Shown here: one piece after another, positions 28,501-43,500 of the stretch | Layout of the letters: every line of letters starts with the position of its first letter | Position numbering within the stretch: the first letter of the stretch is position 1 | Program-made: the position numbers and the translations under genes | The notes under the pieces: model-generated | The model's database searches: none | What the model was told of the DNA's origin: nothing | The model's input: only the letters and a program-made list of their open reading frames with translations | Origin: Bispira polyomma | Lineage: Eukaryota | Direction of reading: 5' to 3' | Assembly (NCBI GenBank): GCA_965649765.1 | Contig: OZ287751.1 | Location: 20,088,001 to 20,152,000 of the forward strand | Length of the DNA: 64,000 nucleotides

Positions 28501-31500
28501 GACTTGCAAGCTTTATTTATAGTTTCAAGGAAGAGTTCAACTTGCACTAGTTTGACCTTTAAAGTTCATTCAGTATACGTGTGATCTATGCTTATTCTAA
28601 GAGTAATTATGTTCCCTACCGTTTTGATTTGCCTGCCATTTTAATCAGTGGGGCCACCTTTTTGACTGGTCTATGTTAGAATTAGGTGTTGTAAATGGCG
28701 CGGCCATTTGACAATTTTGACAATGGCGAGTGGTGTTAAAATAGCAGGTAACAATTTACACTTATCTAGGTCAGTATTCAAAAAGTTCTTATTCAATTTT
28801 TGTACCAACCAATTTCATTGGCTGGTTAAGTTTATATGATGCAATCTATTGGCTAAATCTCAGAAAAAGTTAGAAAATTATAGAACAAGAATAGGAATGA
28901 TACATGGATATTGAATATAGCTCTGGTGACTTGTAAGGACAAATATATGCCTACCAAAGAAATATCTACAAAATAAAATATAAGAAAAAACTATTTTAAA
29001 TTATTCCACATATAAAGTTGGTAATCTTATTTATTTACTTATTTTAAGAGATTAGTGGACAGTGATTATGTTATAGTTAATTTTTAATCATGTCTTGGGA
29101 AAAATTAAACATCTAAATCTTTACGTACGAAGAGTAGAAGGGCCACTAAGAATTGTTTTTTTTTTTCTATTTGTCGACCTAATATCTCGATAAATTGACT
29201 TTAGTATCTTGATTTATATTAACTTACTATCTCTGTAAATTGACTTAGCTAGCTCGGTTTATCTTGTTATCTAATTATATACCACCTAATAACTGATTTA
29301 TCAGCAATATTGGTTTATGTTAAGGAGACAATTTATCACCTACTGTTTTTAATATTTTTATAAATGATACAGTAAAAGCGATAAACAAGTTACATATCTG
29401 TACTTCGTTATTCAGATAGCATTACAGTATTCACAGTATAGGGGAGACCATTAAAATATGCTTGATGTAATATTTAAGTTGGGACAAAAATGGGAATTAA
29501 ACTTTAACTGCAACAAATCACAGTTAGTTTATTTCAGAAAACAGTCCTGCACTTGTACTAAATATTTTTTCAAGCTTAAAGTTGACTTCTTAAAAACAGT
29601 AAAGAAATATAAATATTTAGGCATGTTATTTAGGCATGTTATTTAGGCATGTTATTTAGGTCAATATATTGAGATACTTAAATTGACTTGTCAAGATATT
29701 AAGTTGATTATTCCAGATAGCTAAGTCAATTTATCGAAATATTACGTCGGTGAATTGAGATATTAAGTTGGTAAATTGAGACACTATCTTACTATTATTC
29801 GAGACTCCTAAGTCGGCAATAGAGAAATATTTCTTAGTGGCACTTATACTCTTCTGTGATTAAGGAGTAAAAATAGACTTAACTATTTTAAAGGGAAAAT
29901 AATTCAAACTTCGAAGAAGAACAATACAATATTTTTATACATCGCCATTTGAGTAGCATCCTTGACTTGCAGACAGTGGTTGGACAAGCCATTGTGAGCT
30001 GTGTGGGGCCATATTGTTAGATTGTTCTTGCCCCATTAGATTGATCTATTTCCCTGAAGGATAGTGTCTCATGTTCTTGGTGTTGTGGCACCTTACACAC
30101 AGAGGGGAAGGGGGAGGAGGCTACACATACCAAAATAGGATGTCACCTGAAGCATATTTAACTCTTTTCAATTGATAATTCACTAAACTTCTTAAGTGGA
30201 GAAATTGACTTGGAGACAGTTGGATTGTACGGTTCTGGGTCGCTCTTTGTACCAATTAATGGAATGCATATACATAATAATGAAGGGTGATCTCATTCAT
30301 AATCACGTTTACCTGTGAAAGATTGGGGGATTCACGAAGGTTATAGAGTAAACCTGTAGGCTCTCTGTGACATAAAATTGAGAATGTACGACAATCACTG
30401 GAATAGTATATACAGTGAACTAAGAAATATGTCAAGGCTAAAAATGAACTTAATTGTTGCTTCTGCAGAAGCATACACATTGTAACGTTGTTTCTTTCCT
30501 TTTCAAGAAAAGTTGTGCTTCCTGTACGATAATTATGGTCCAGTTTAGAGCATACATTTGCTTCTACTTTTCTTTGGATTCGATTCAAGGGTGTGTCCCA
30601 CAACCTTAACTAGTGACTTTGGGGGTGATCTATGCGATCAAGAAATCGCACTGGTTGACTTATGAAAGTAAATGTGTGTACTTTTGTAGGCTGTATCAAC
30701 TTTATTGAAGTCTTATTCCACTTTACAGTTTGCACCTCTGGCCTTGGTTCTTCCACTTGTCAACCAATTGTTCAGTCTCAGTTCCCTCAGGAAGCATACT
30801 AGCCATGCTGCCTCATACGGCGCACAAAAACTAACACCCATTAGGGGCCAGGGCCTGTATTCACGAAAGGACTCAGCCAGGTCTTAGGCTTAAATCTAGC
30901 ACAAAAGTATACTGATTTTAGCCTAAGACCTGACTAAGTCCTTTCGTGAATACGACCCCAGGTACCCATTTATACACCTAGGTACAAAGGGACAACTTTG
31001 TGTAAAGCACCTTGTCCAAGGGTACAATCTCCAGGCCTGTAGCAAGGATTGAACATGGGAACCTCTGGAACCCTCTGATTCAAAGTTGAACACTTTAACC
31101 GCCAGAGACTAATTATAGCGGTTTTACAACTTCAACTGTATAATACAATTTATTTCAAGATATTATAGGATTTGACTTAACAGTGTTCTACTAATGAAAA
31201 TTTTTGTTTTCTTGTTGTACAGTTAATGAACTGGTTATATATGTATTAACGGTAAAAATAACGCGTGTTTTTATTGTGGTTGTACAGTTAATGGACTGTA
31301 TGTGTATGTATTAACTGTATAATATATCTGTGATTTATTTCTGGTTGTACAGTTGATGGACTGGCTTTGTTGCGATGGTGAGGACTTACTTCAGCAGTAC
31401 AGCACTCTGTCTGACAACCTGAAGGGTATCCACACACAACAGGGCCACTTCCAGCAAGCCTACTTCTCTGCTATGGTAAGTATGGGTAGACATGCATTCC

Positions 31501-34500
31501 GGGCATTATAAGTTCCTAGTGTACACTTGAGCTTGTTGGACATTCTCATTTCATTGTTCAGACTAATCCGGATTGACCTAGATTCTGGATTGAACCAGAT
31601 TAAGCTGACTCTGGATACAGTGTCGAAACTAGAGAAATTAACCCTGGTTCTGAAAGCGCACAGTTTTTGTAAAGCATGTGCAAAGCATCGAATACAGCAA
31701 AATCAGTCAAATTAGCGTGGGCTGAGATTACTGTAATTTTTGCCATCTATAATTTCAAACAAATTATAGCGATACGTAGCACACTAATCGAAATTGTTTG
31801 AAGTAAAATGTCATGTTTCATTTGTTTTATTAATACACCAGAAGAACATGTTCTGTAATCAGTGTTAATCTCTCAATGCTTTAATGGAAAGCTATATGCA
31901 AATTGCAATCAAGCTTCTGAAGTCTCCTATTTGTGTAATTCAACTACATGAAAGAAGTTGAGTTATAGCAGAGTAATCCAACTCTGGAGAAAGCTTGAAA
32001 ATTTACCGGATCAATCCAGATTGTTAATGTTCATATTGACCCTGTATGTCACCTTGTTACCTTGTGTCAACCCGGGTAAATTTTACAGTGTGAACGCAAG
32101 GTTTGTCAATGTATATTGACAATGCATTATGATTCCATAGCCCGGTTTTAGGCCCAAATTTATCATATAGCCTCTTTTGACTTTACCCGAATTCCCCCAG
32201 TGAAAACTGCGATCGTAGTTTTCCCTAAGTGGAATCTTCAATCAAAGGCTCCACTAGGGAAATCCCAGGTTCCTGTTGATTGGAGTTTCGACAGTGATAT
32301 ATATACACATACATTCAATAAAACATTGCATACTCAGACAAGTATCTGGCTCTTTTCTACTCCTATCAGTTACTGACAATAGATCGCTGCGTAGAAATAC
32401 AATATTTGTAAGAGCATACACGTAAGGTGTGCATTTATACAAGTAAACAGTATTAAAACTGCTTTAATACAGAGTATACTGGAGCCTTGGAGAAGACTAA
32501 TAATGTTCTTATTATCATGGTAAAAAGTTAGGCTTTTAAAGTAATTAAACTTTTAAATATGTTTACTAACACAATTGTATAGTTATTTCGAGGGGCATAT
32601 ATAAGCCTACCAGAGGACTGGGTAACATTTGTTTTGCCATTTTGTATTACATGTAAAGTATGTTGCATGCCACTATAATAAATAAATAATATATCTATCC
32701 TCCATGTGCTAGTTTTTCAATCACGTAGGAGGAATAATACTTACAAGTGCATCACTCGTTATTGCTCTGAGTAATAACAAATAAAACTACACATCTAGAC
32801 CAAAAAAAAATGTGTATTTGTTGTTATCTATCAGTAACTAGGTCTATAAACATAAACCAATACATAACTCGGCCATTAGGAACCAGCTGATCAAAAATAA
32901 GCATATATCTACTATATACTAAGCCCATTGAAGGCTAAGGTACTCATATTTATACAACCAAGAGAAGAGATAAGAAGCACCACCTGCACAGAGAATTATT
33001 ACGTAGTTCCTTCTTAAATTATGAATATGGAGGATACAAACTTTGCCCTGTCAAGGAAATTTGAAGTCAGGAAGAAAAATTGCATTGAAAAATATTTATT
33101 TTGAATTAAGAAAAGTTAAAAATTGAAACATGTAGTTGCAATTTATTGAGAAGATTATTGTAAAATCTGCACTTATCACCCACGGAAAATGATTAAAAGT
33201 TGTGGGACATCAATTTGGTTTGTTTTTTCTGGATTTTCAGATGAGCAGAGGTGGGATGAATGGACTTGTTCTGTACTTTATGCATTATACAACACCTCCT
33301 TTCTGACTAGCTCAAACTGTACTAAGTGGACCAGTTAAATTTATATACACTTTTAAGGTTGTATTCACAAGCGCACTTTGATGATCATTTTACTGTCAAA
33401 AAATGAGTCATTGGTCTAATGGTCCATTCACATTGCAACGAATTGTTGAGGAAGATAAAGAAAAGCGAGTTAAAATAAAACACAACCATCTAAATAAAAC
33501 ATAGTAAAAAGTGACACATGTGCGCAGGATTCGGATGAATATTTCGGCTGTGTGTGTACTGCAAGTGTATAGAATTTGTTTTTGTGTGTATAGCCAAATT
33601 CATTGATAAATCCTTGTTCGATACAATGTGAATGGATCATTAGTTTTACTCTACCTTAGTATGCATGCACAAAACAGCAGTGCATTTGAACAGTTGAGTT
33701 AAAAGGCAGTATAACAAATCTATATATATATGATTCTTTATTACCTTGGCAGGGTATGAATGATCACTATTAGTTTGTTAGTATCTTTGATACTTTGAAG
33801 GGAGAATATAAAGGATAATATTGTTGTAAAGCAAGGTTGTAATAATTACAACCTGTGTATAATATTTGTTACATACAGTTACAGTAGAGTAGACTGTGCA
33901 GCCTTGCTCATAGTGAACAGAACTAGTTTGTTTTGTCTGAAAATAAACTGCCATGATATCAGGAGTCTGGAACATGCTACAAACTTGGTATTTGATGGAG
34001 AGAAAAACATACCTCACCTTCATGAGTAATATAATCATAACCAGCCATGCATAATCTGTGACAGGCCCAGTTTTCTGTGTAATTCCTCTGTTTTCTGATA
34101 TGAGACAAAACAATCTTTAGGTTTCGGGTTTTTTTCTCTGATTATAATAGAGACCTACAAGTAGAAAGAAAAATATAAAAGAGGACAGGTGTTATTTGAA
34201 ACAATATTTACATGTATATGGCAATTAGGGAAGCTTGCTGATTACTGATAGAAGTCAGTCCTATTAAAGAGATATGTAACATGTATTGCACAAAGCCTGA
34301 CTTTAAAGAAGAGGGGGGAGGGGGTGTATAACAACGCTGTTTAAAGTATTGGTGTAGTAGATCTGAGTGAAAGTTTTTTTAAAATGATCTGTAATTGTTA
34401 CTCATGTACACTGAGATAGGATATGTAGTTTAAGGTAGAACAAACTTAATTATATACTGCTTGTGGTAGAAAGTATAACTACACTGTGACATATTGGTGT

Positions 34501-37500
34501 AGTAAGTAAAAAGTCTTAAAATAGGTAATTGTTACTCATGTACACTGAGATGAGATATAATATGTATTTAAGGTTGAACAAATTTAATATATTTGTACTA
34601 CTGGTAGAAAGACAGAGTGAGACTTTCAGGCACTGAATTGACCTTGGTCAGATTCTAGCTTCTTTTTTTAACTTCAGAGTGAGTGATGACTTTGTATCAA
34701 GTTTAAATGGATTTTTTTTTTCCTTTTCCTTATGTACACACATATATATACATATTATTGATTTGTTATTTCAAACTATCAAGTTCCTGCTGACTTTGTT
34801 CATTTAGGGACAGAAAAAAGGGGAGAAGGTGAAATGATGATCTTGAATTAACAATAGACCTCATTAACTTGGTTGAATTGGATAGATAATTGAGGGAATT
34901 CTCTAAAGATATTAAAAGATCATGTTTCTATATTAGGATATATATATATAGACAAATTGTGTTCATACGTTGCTGAAAACTAGTTTTATCACTATGGAGC
35001 TTTAACTGGCAGGTTTAAAAAGGTGAGTTTCTACACTGCTAAAAGCCAGTTAGTAATTATCAAAAAATATTGTTTATCGTTAAAAATATTTGTGTTGTAA
35101 GCTGAGGGAGATCATGATAGGATAAATATGATAATATATAGATAAATTTAAGGACTTGGTGTTTTATTTTTGTACTTTGAGTTCTAAAATTTAATTATTA
35201 GTTTTTAATTCAGTAAAGCTTATATATGAACTTATATTTTATTCTGGCCTTGTGGTTTGATATCAAATGAATTTCCTTTTAGTTTGACTTCGACATCAAA
35301 ACAAATTTGTATACAAAGAAATGTCATTCCTTCCAAGGACATTTAAACTGTTGGTTTTTGATTTGTGACATTTGAATTTTTTTATTTTTTTTTGTAAGTT
35401 TTTTTAAAATTTTCTTTTAAAATCAGGCTAGAAAAGAACCATTTTTCATATGACGTTATGTACAAATGATTCAGTCGACAACTAAAACTATCTGAAGCCA
35501 CCGCCATTCACAAAGACCTTTTGTTCTGATTTTGTTTATATAAAAAAAATTCTACTACTGGTACAAGTGGAACTATATCAGGGGTATTCATGCTTCAAAA
35601 GAGATGTATGTAAGAACCAAAAAAAAAAACAATTGTATACACAAATGTGGTGGGATCTTATTCCCACTGATAGGTGTTCCAACAAATTAAAAATGATGTA
35701 TATGTTTGTAAGTCAGTTCCATTTAGTATTTACACACATCAGTGATCTTCCTAACGTTGCTTTGATGAGCCAGGCCCTACTTAGACTACGTTCTCATGTA
35801 TGCGATTTGCAATAAACAATGAACGATTTGTGATCACAAAATCGGATGCTGTTGCTCTTTTATAAATAACATGAGGATGCTATGTATTTGGAAAATCAAC
35901 AGTGGTAAGCATCTAGTATATATACTTTTCCCATTTTTTTTTGTCACTTTGTGATGTGGAAAAATCAGGCGGCGCACATCGGATGTCGCAAAATGGCAGT
36001 AGCACACATGACAACATATAAAGATAATTTATAAAGTCTTATAAAAAACCTTGAAATCCCAAATCCCTTTTTTTGCCGCAAATCACATACATGAGAACAG
36101 CGGCTAATAAGGCTCTTGGTCCCTGTGTTATTTTTTTTTTACTGGTAAATATTTGTAGTAGTTTCAGCACACATAAAACTAATAGCCTGAATATATTGGG
36201 TGTTATAAGTTAGTTGTGCAGTGGAATCTATAAAACAGTGGTATTGTTCTGTGGTGATTTACATATAGGTCTTTTATTCCTCTTGTAAAGCCTGTGTACA
36301 CACAATTCCAACTATTTATATAATTGAAGGAAATGTTTCTAGTGCTAATTACATATTTGCAGGAATGGTCTGCAATAATTAGTGTCAGCTGCAAGTCATA
36401 ATTAAGTGGTAAAACACAAACCCAGGAAGTAGTCCTGATGAAAACTGTTGTGTTTATAGATGAATAGATTTTATATTGGATTTTATGTGATTTTGTCAGT
36501 AATGATTAACCAAGAAGATGATATATCAATGTTACTACACTAGGATATCTTTATTAGAATATATAATATTTGAATAACCACCATTATAAAGTGTGTGACA
36601 CAGTTGTATGTGTTGGGATAAATTCATGGAAACCTGGATACATTTGTACCGAGTGAATTTTTACAAATTTTAGTAAATGTGTATGACTTTACACAATCTT
36701 AATGGATTTATACTTCAGTTTTCTGTAAAAGTTGGATAAACATTCAGCACTAACTACATTATAATAAGGTAAATAAATAACATTACTGTAATACTTTTAT
36801 AAATTCACAATTAACGTCCAGTTATAGGCACACATTGTCACTAATTCAGATATCATGTAATTTAAAAAAAAACTTCTTGCAATTTTATATAATACAGACC
36901 TAGTGACTGAATTAAATTCGAAATAATAAAAATAAAAATTAAATTATGTCCGTCCATGGCTAAATTTTATATAATCACCGGTGGCTTCACCATTTTAACA
37001 CAGTGTTTAATAACTAGATTTTGGGTGAGTCTGTGCTTCGTTATACATTTATATAAATCTTTTTAGCTTCAAAATGATATTTATTACATTGGAAAAACAA
37101 CAAGTAGTGTTAATATGCGATTCCTGGAGATTATCAGTTCTCTTAATAAAACAAATGGCACAATTGCAATTGGACTAATTTAATTAGACTAATTCAATTG
37201 TAAAACAGTGTATTTCATCAATTTAAAAAAAGCTGGACAAAACATGGTTGTATCTCGTCTGTAAAATGTTTTAATACTTTGTACTATTGATCTCTATGTT
37301 GTTAAGGATCTGGGTAGTTATTGTTATTATATCACTTGATCCTAATAAGGTTACCATTTTACATGGTAAGCGGTATTAACATTGCTCTTAACAGCAAAAC
37401 TGACCAACCATGCTTAGGGATTTTAGCACACGGGTGTCGCTGGCTTCGGGCCTACCCATGGCGTCGGCCACCCAGTAAAACCAATAGAAAGTCAATGTAA

Positions 37501-40500
37501 ACATTGAAGTGGCCTTGGCCAAGGGTAGTCCAAAGCCAGCGCCACTTGTGTATAAATAAATAGGAAAATGAAAATTAGGGAGACTGAAGCTTGTTCATGA
37601 AATCAAATATTTTCCACAGTAATAATTAAGCGTCCCTTGAAAAGGGCGCTTATTTGGTTTCACCCCTGGTTTCCTCGCCGCCGCCGCATGGTCTTCCTTG
37701 AATATCTCCTTCAATATTATCTGTATCAAAATTATTTTTGGCAGTTCTCTTAACCAGGAGTGGGAAATATTTTTCATATTCTTGGCTTTGAACTTTGGCC
37801 TACTTAAATGTCAGGTGACCCTGGGGGGTGTAAAAGTGCTTGTCACTAGGTTTTCTCAAAAAGTATTCATCATAGCTTAATGAAATTTGGTATGTACCTT
37901 GGTAAGGCAATTTTCAGGATGGAAGACGCTGATGAGTTTAATCGGATGATAATTGACCGATTGCCAACCGATTGATCTTTTTTTATTGAAATGCGAAAAA
38001 TCAGTACTTTTTTGCTATCTCGGAAACTATTGGGATTTCGGCTTTTTCTTGGTATAAGTTATTCATCTACTTTTCGATTTTATGTATGATGTAAAAATTT
38101 CACAGTTCTAAGTCCAGTACTTAATGAGTACTGAGTACTTCAAATGAGTATTTTGCTCTATTTTGCTCTATCTTGCACTTTTATCAACTTTTCTTTTGAA
38201 GTACTTGTCATAGTTCAATGAAATTTCGCATGCACATTGCAAATACCAAAGCATAGATGTCCGTAAATTTTTACATCAATCTGGTGATAATTGACTGATT
38301 GACAGGGTCGATCAATCATACAAAATGGGGAAAAAAATGTGTTGATGGGTGCTTTTTTGAGCGTGTGAGGATTTTTTTTATTTTTAATTTTAGACCAGTA
38401 CATGCAGCACGTAACTTTTAAAGAATAGCCTGAATTTTTATTTATTTTTTACCCCATCCAAAAATATGCGATCGTTACTGATATAAAACGATTTTAATTT
38501 CAAAAATTTAAAAAATTTTTTTTTTAAATGTCCATTATCTCTGAAACGGTGTTAGATAGAGCGATTTCGAGCTCATTTTCGACCCACAGGGTTGATTTTG
38601 CTTATAAGGCCATCTTGAATTTCTGCGTCTTTTTCGAAAATGTCCGTTATCTCGGAAACGGTGCTAGATAGAGCGATTTCGAGCTCATTTTCGATCCATA
38701 GGGTTGATTTTACTTATATGTAATCTTTCAAAAAAATTTTAATTTTGGCGGCCATCTTGAATTTCTGGGACTTTTACGAAAATGTCCTTTATCTCAGAAA
38801 CGGTGCTAGGTAGAGCGATTTCGAGCTCATTTTCGATGCACAGGGTTGATTTTACTTATATGTAAACTTTTTTAAAAATTTTAATTTTGGCGGCCATCTT
38901 GAATTTCTGCGTCTTTTTCGAAAATGTCCTTTATCTCAGAAACGGTGCTAGATAGAGCGATTTCAAGCTCCTTTTCGACTCATAGGGCTGATTTTTCTTT
39001 TATGTAAATTTTTATAGTAATTTTTGATTTGGGCAACCATCTTCAATTTCTGCGTTTTTTTAGAAAACGTCTGTTATCTCGGAAATCGTGATCCTTTTCG
39101 AGCTTACATTGACCAAAAGTGCTGATTCTGCTTATATGTCAATTTTTAAACAATATCAAACCTTGTACACTAAACAATTTCATTATTATTTCAACTTTAG
39201 GGACGCTTCGTTTTTGTTATCAAAAACCGTTTTCTAGTTGAGTCAGGTTTACCAAATTTTATTTAGTCAATTTAATAGAATTAGTTTAGTCAAGTTAGTA
39301 AAATTTATCTTATTTATTATACTAATATTCGCTTAGTAATTTATTCTTGACTGTAAAATTAACTTGTATATATGTTATCACACACTATGCATGTACACTA
39401 TGTATTACTGTTGAAATAAACTATATCTATCTGTAATAGAAGTTCAGATAATCGAGGTTCTACTGTAGACTGTACTTTGTGTTTACAGAGCCAGGTAGAG
39501 AAAGGCAATGCCCTGCTAGAAGAGGCCAGTATGCTGAGCCAGTCAGATGAGTTAGAACAGGTGACAGGCATCAAAGAGATCTCCAAGGAGCTGAAGGGTC
39601 GCATCAAGGGATTCTCTGGCCGCCTGGAGGAGGTCAGGGAGAACATTGAGAATACTGGACACTGCTACAAGATGCTTGACCAGGTGTGTGTGTGTGTGTG
39701 GCTAGTAATACAGATAAGGTTGGGGTGGGTTTGAATATTGTAAATGGGAAAATCGGTTTCCGAAAACAAATATGTAAATGCAGAATATATAAATGGACTG
39801 GTAGGTGACTAATGGAAATAGAAATTACTAAAAGTAAACCACAATTAATGCAAGGATACAAAAAATAATAAAACATGGCTTTTGACTTTTATGCTACAAG
39901 ATCTCAGAATTTGAAACATTAATTAAAATATAAACAACAATTTATAACTCTAAAATACCTGTTTTTGATCTAACACAAATACTTTTGTGGCAATTTTTAG
40001 TTAAATGCAATATATTATGTGATATAGGGAATAAACAAAACAGGAGTGGTTCCTAATGAGCATAACCCTTCTCTGTATATCAAAGTAATTATCTACATAT
40101 ATTGTAAAAGCCAAGTTGTACATTTGTCCACAGGTACTTTAAAAGCATATATATATATACAGGTGAATCATGATAGAGCATTAAAAAGGTTTTGAAATTT
40201 TGAGATAAGTACAATCTAAACTTGTAGACATAGTAAAAAAAGACACAAATAAGTAAATGTACAGATAATTATGTAGAGGCACAGGTTTGACAAAACATTT
40301 AATCCTTGGAGAATCTGTCATCAAACAGACATTTCAGAAAGAACCAAAGGATTCATTCTACATTAAGGGCACTGGGCCACACTGAGGTATTCTGTTGATG
40401 CAGTGTTTCTTTACCGGTTAAGTAAACATTAAATCAAATCTGTCTATTTGCTGACCAAAGATTTGCACATGAACAACATGACTATGAGATCTTCTATAGA

Positions 40501-43500
40501 AACTGGGGCAGAAGTTTTGACATTTTTATTGAGACAGTTCGAGATCAGATTGACTTGGCTTGGCTTATTGTGGTGGTCTTATTTTTGTAGAATCTTTTGA
40601 ATCTAGAACCTGCCGTGGAAAATGATACAACAGATTTAGTTTTCACTCCATTTAGGTAAAACAAATGGACTTGGAACTATCATTGAGACCTGTGTATGTG
40701 TGTGTGTGTATATATATATATATAGGTATATAGGTATATACTCGGAGCACATTTTCTGCATGTGTATATTTGTAAAAGATTTTTGAACAGTTTTAGCACA
40801 TGTTGAATCAATGCATAGAGATATATGGTTGGATTATCAAAAAGAAAAAGGATTTACATTTACAAAACGTTTTTACATATATGAACGTTTTCACAGTTAT
40901 GAACAATTCTTGAATGAAACTTGTGACAAGCAGATCCATGACAACTGATCAATGTTCATTACGTCTGGTTATGTACCATAAATTAACTACTTAACCGCCA
41001 TTAATTTGCGAAAGCCTATCTGCCGTATATAGTTTCAGTTTCCTTACAGACTAAAGCTACATATAAATGGTATTTGCAAGCGTGTAGTAAATAAGTAACA
41101 TATAGGGGGCTGTTTTTCAGTTAATTATGTAGTAACTATGTGGGGTTAGTGGGTAGGTAATATAAAAGTTAATTTTTGCCAGCCTTTGCATAATTAAGAG
41201 GCTAGTGCTTAAGGGGTTAAACTGCTAAATTTAGTTTACAACATGACTGGGCTATGGATTTAGTGACTTTTTCAAGCATCTGCCCTTTTTGGTCTATGTA
41301 TTTCTGGAAGCTCATCCGTATTTATACAGGCCAAAAATATAGAGTAGATTTCACCTCTGTTATCCGAACATATTGTGAGAGTAAAATTTGTTTGGATAAT
41401 AGAATAGCTTTATAAAATAGAAGATAGATCTTAATACAAACCTATCAGAAAATTTTAATTTAGAAAAATGAAAGTGTGTTCACAAAATCGAAATATTCAA
41501 ATTGATAGAAGTTCAGATAACAGAGATTTTAATGTATGTACTATAAAAACTCTCTTTGAATAACTGATGGGCTTTGAACTTGAAAAATTAAGACAATGTA
41601 GGGGATGGGCTCTAAAGAGGATGTGGCTTTCTGTTCAAAATTTGAACTGTGTTAAAGAAAAGTGGGGGGTGGGCTATATAAAAGCATGGGCAGAAAGAGT
41701 TTCCTGTACATGCTATTAGAATAGAAGCTGTTTGTGAGGGCCATACTGGGATATATGCACCCGAGTTCAGGCCAATTTGGCTTGAGGGCTGTCCGGTCTG
41801 TTTATTATACCTGAGCATTTTTAGAGGGCCATATAAAATTTTCAGAGAAAAAATAAATAAATTTGTATCAAAGGTATGTGTATTATAAATATAGTATATT
41901 CACTAATAGTTTGAACTGTTTGTGCTATAAGTAAGGTTTTCAAAAAAAAGTAATATTAAATTTTCAATAGTTACCAGTAAAGAAGTGACTGTACACATTA
42001 CCCACTAAAACATGCTGCATTTGATAAACATTGGATTCACAGCGTCAATAAACGCGTTAAAAATTTATAATAATTATAGTAATAATTCTAGCAGTACAGT
42101 AAAAAACCACATTTATTTATATCATAATCATATGGGTGTAGTTTTGTCAGAATGGCGTCAATAATTATGATTAAATAAACTTGTGGATGTGGGAACAATG
42201 ATTATACACAATTTTAAATATACATGTGGGAACAATGATTACACAAAATTTTAAATATACATGTACTTTTAAATATACATGTACTTATATTTTAATGGCA
42301 TAAATATGATGAACTGATATATTTGGAAAATTGACTTGGAATATGGTAATTTTGCGTCTCTCTAGCTACCATATATACCAAAAATGTCACCACCAAGACA
42401 TAGTTTGCAACCCCCCTCGCCCCTCCCCCCACAAAAACACGGTTTGTTTACAAAATTTTAATTGATGCGTTCATTAAAATCATGTGTACACCTTCTCATG
42501 TCACGCATATAGGATATCACACCATCAGTGCCAAACCATATGTCACACACAGTATTAATGTATGTGTCTCTATAAATTGATAGAGCTCGTTAGACTTTTC
42601 AGCATATATTATTATGAGTGTGTACATGTACTTAATGGCAGAGGAGAGATGAAATCGCTTATTATCTCGACTCTGTGGTCAGTCATATATTTATAGATGG
42701 GCGGGTTATGTATGAACTGACTCTAATAAACTGAGGATACCATACACTCTTCATAGATAGATATATATAAACTGTGGCCTCATTAATCCAGTGGTTTGTT
42801 GTGAAGTCTTTTGTGGCATAGTGTATCATGGGATTAAAACCAGCGGCTGGTTGGTGTGGGCGAATCAAATGAATAGAAAATGTACGTTGATCCCCCCTCC
42901 TTTCTAAGAATATGTGACAAGCTATATGTCAGGGGTTTTTCACTTGTTGATTCAACAGGAGTACAGAGAGAGAGAGAGAGATAGCTTGTGCCAAGATGTT
43001 GTGTCGTTATATGGATGGTGTGGGTTTTTTTTTCTCTTTTTAGAGGATCTCGAATATGGGCAAAAAAAGGATGTATAATACCCCTGTAAAAAAACAATAA
43101 AAACCCTCTCAAAACGGCTATTGAGACTTACAAATAATATTTATGCCTTGGTGGATAAACATAGTGTAGTCATTTAAAGGATCCGATTTATGTATGTATA
43201 GTCATATAGCTTTACTAATGTTAAAAGTTTCGTATACTGCATTGAAAAAGAAAATGTTAAAAGATTGTCAATAACACTTCTATGGTTAGTTGATTTTTGT
43301 AAAGTGTAGTTGTTACTGAGATGGTGAAGTTTATATATGAATAAGACTGCAAGTATGTGTGAATTGAGGATATACTTTACGTGCCAGAATTATGTGCATA
43401 TATTTACCTACATCCTAAGGTATGTACATTATGTTTGGAAAAATGTAAATGTAGAAATTGGTTACTCATTTATCTGTTTCTTCCACATTTAAAGTATATT

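Noticed and set aside
38525-39150. CRISPR-like regular repeats (also 61907-62158 and 16150-16410)
   Set aside because: The units are contiguous tandem copies without unique spacers, the context is a eukaryotic intron, and there are no cas genes.
40991-41220. TTAA-flanked piggyBac-like element
   Set aside because: The two ends are not convincing inverted repeats beyond a few bases.
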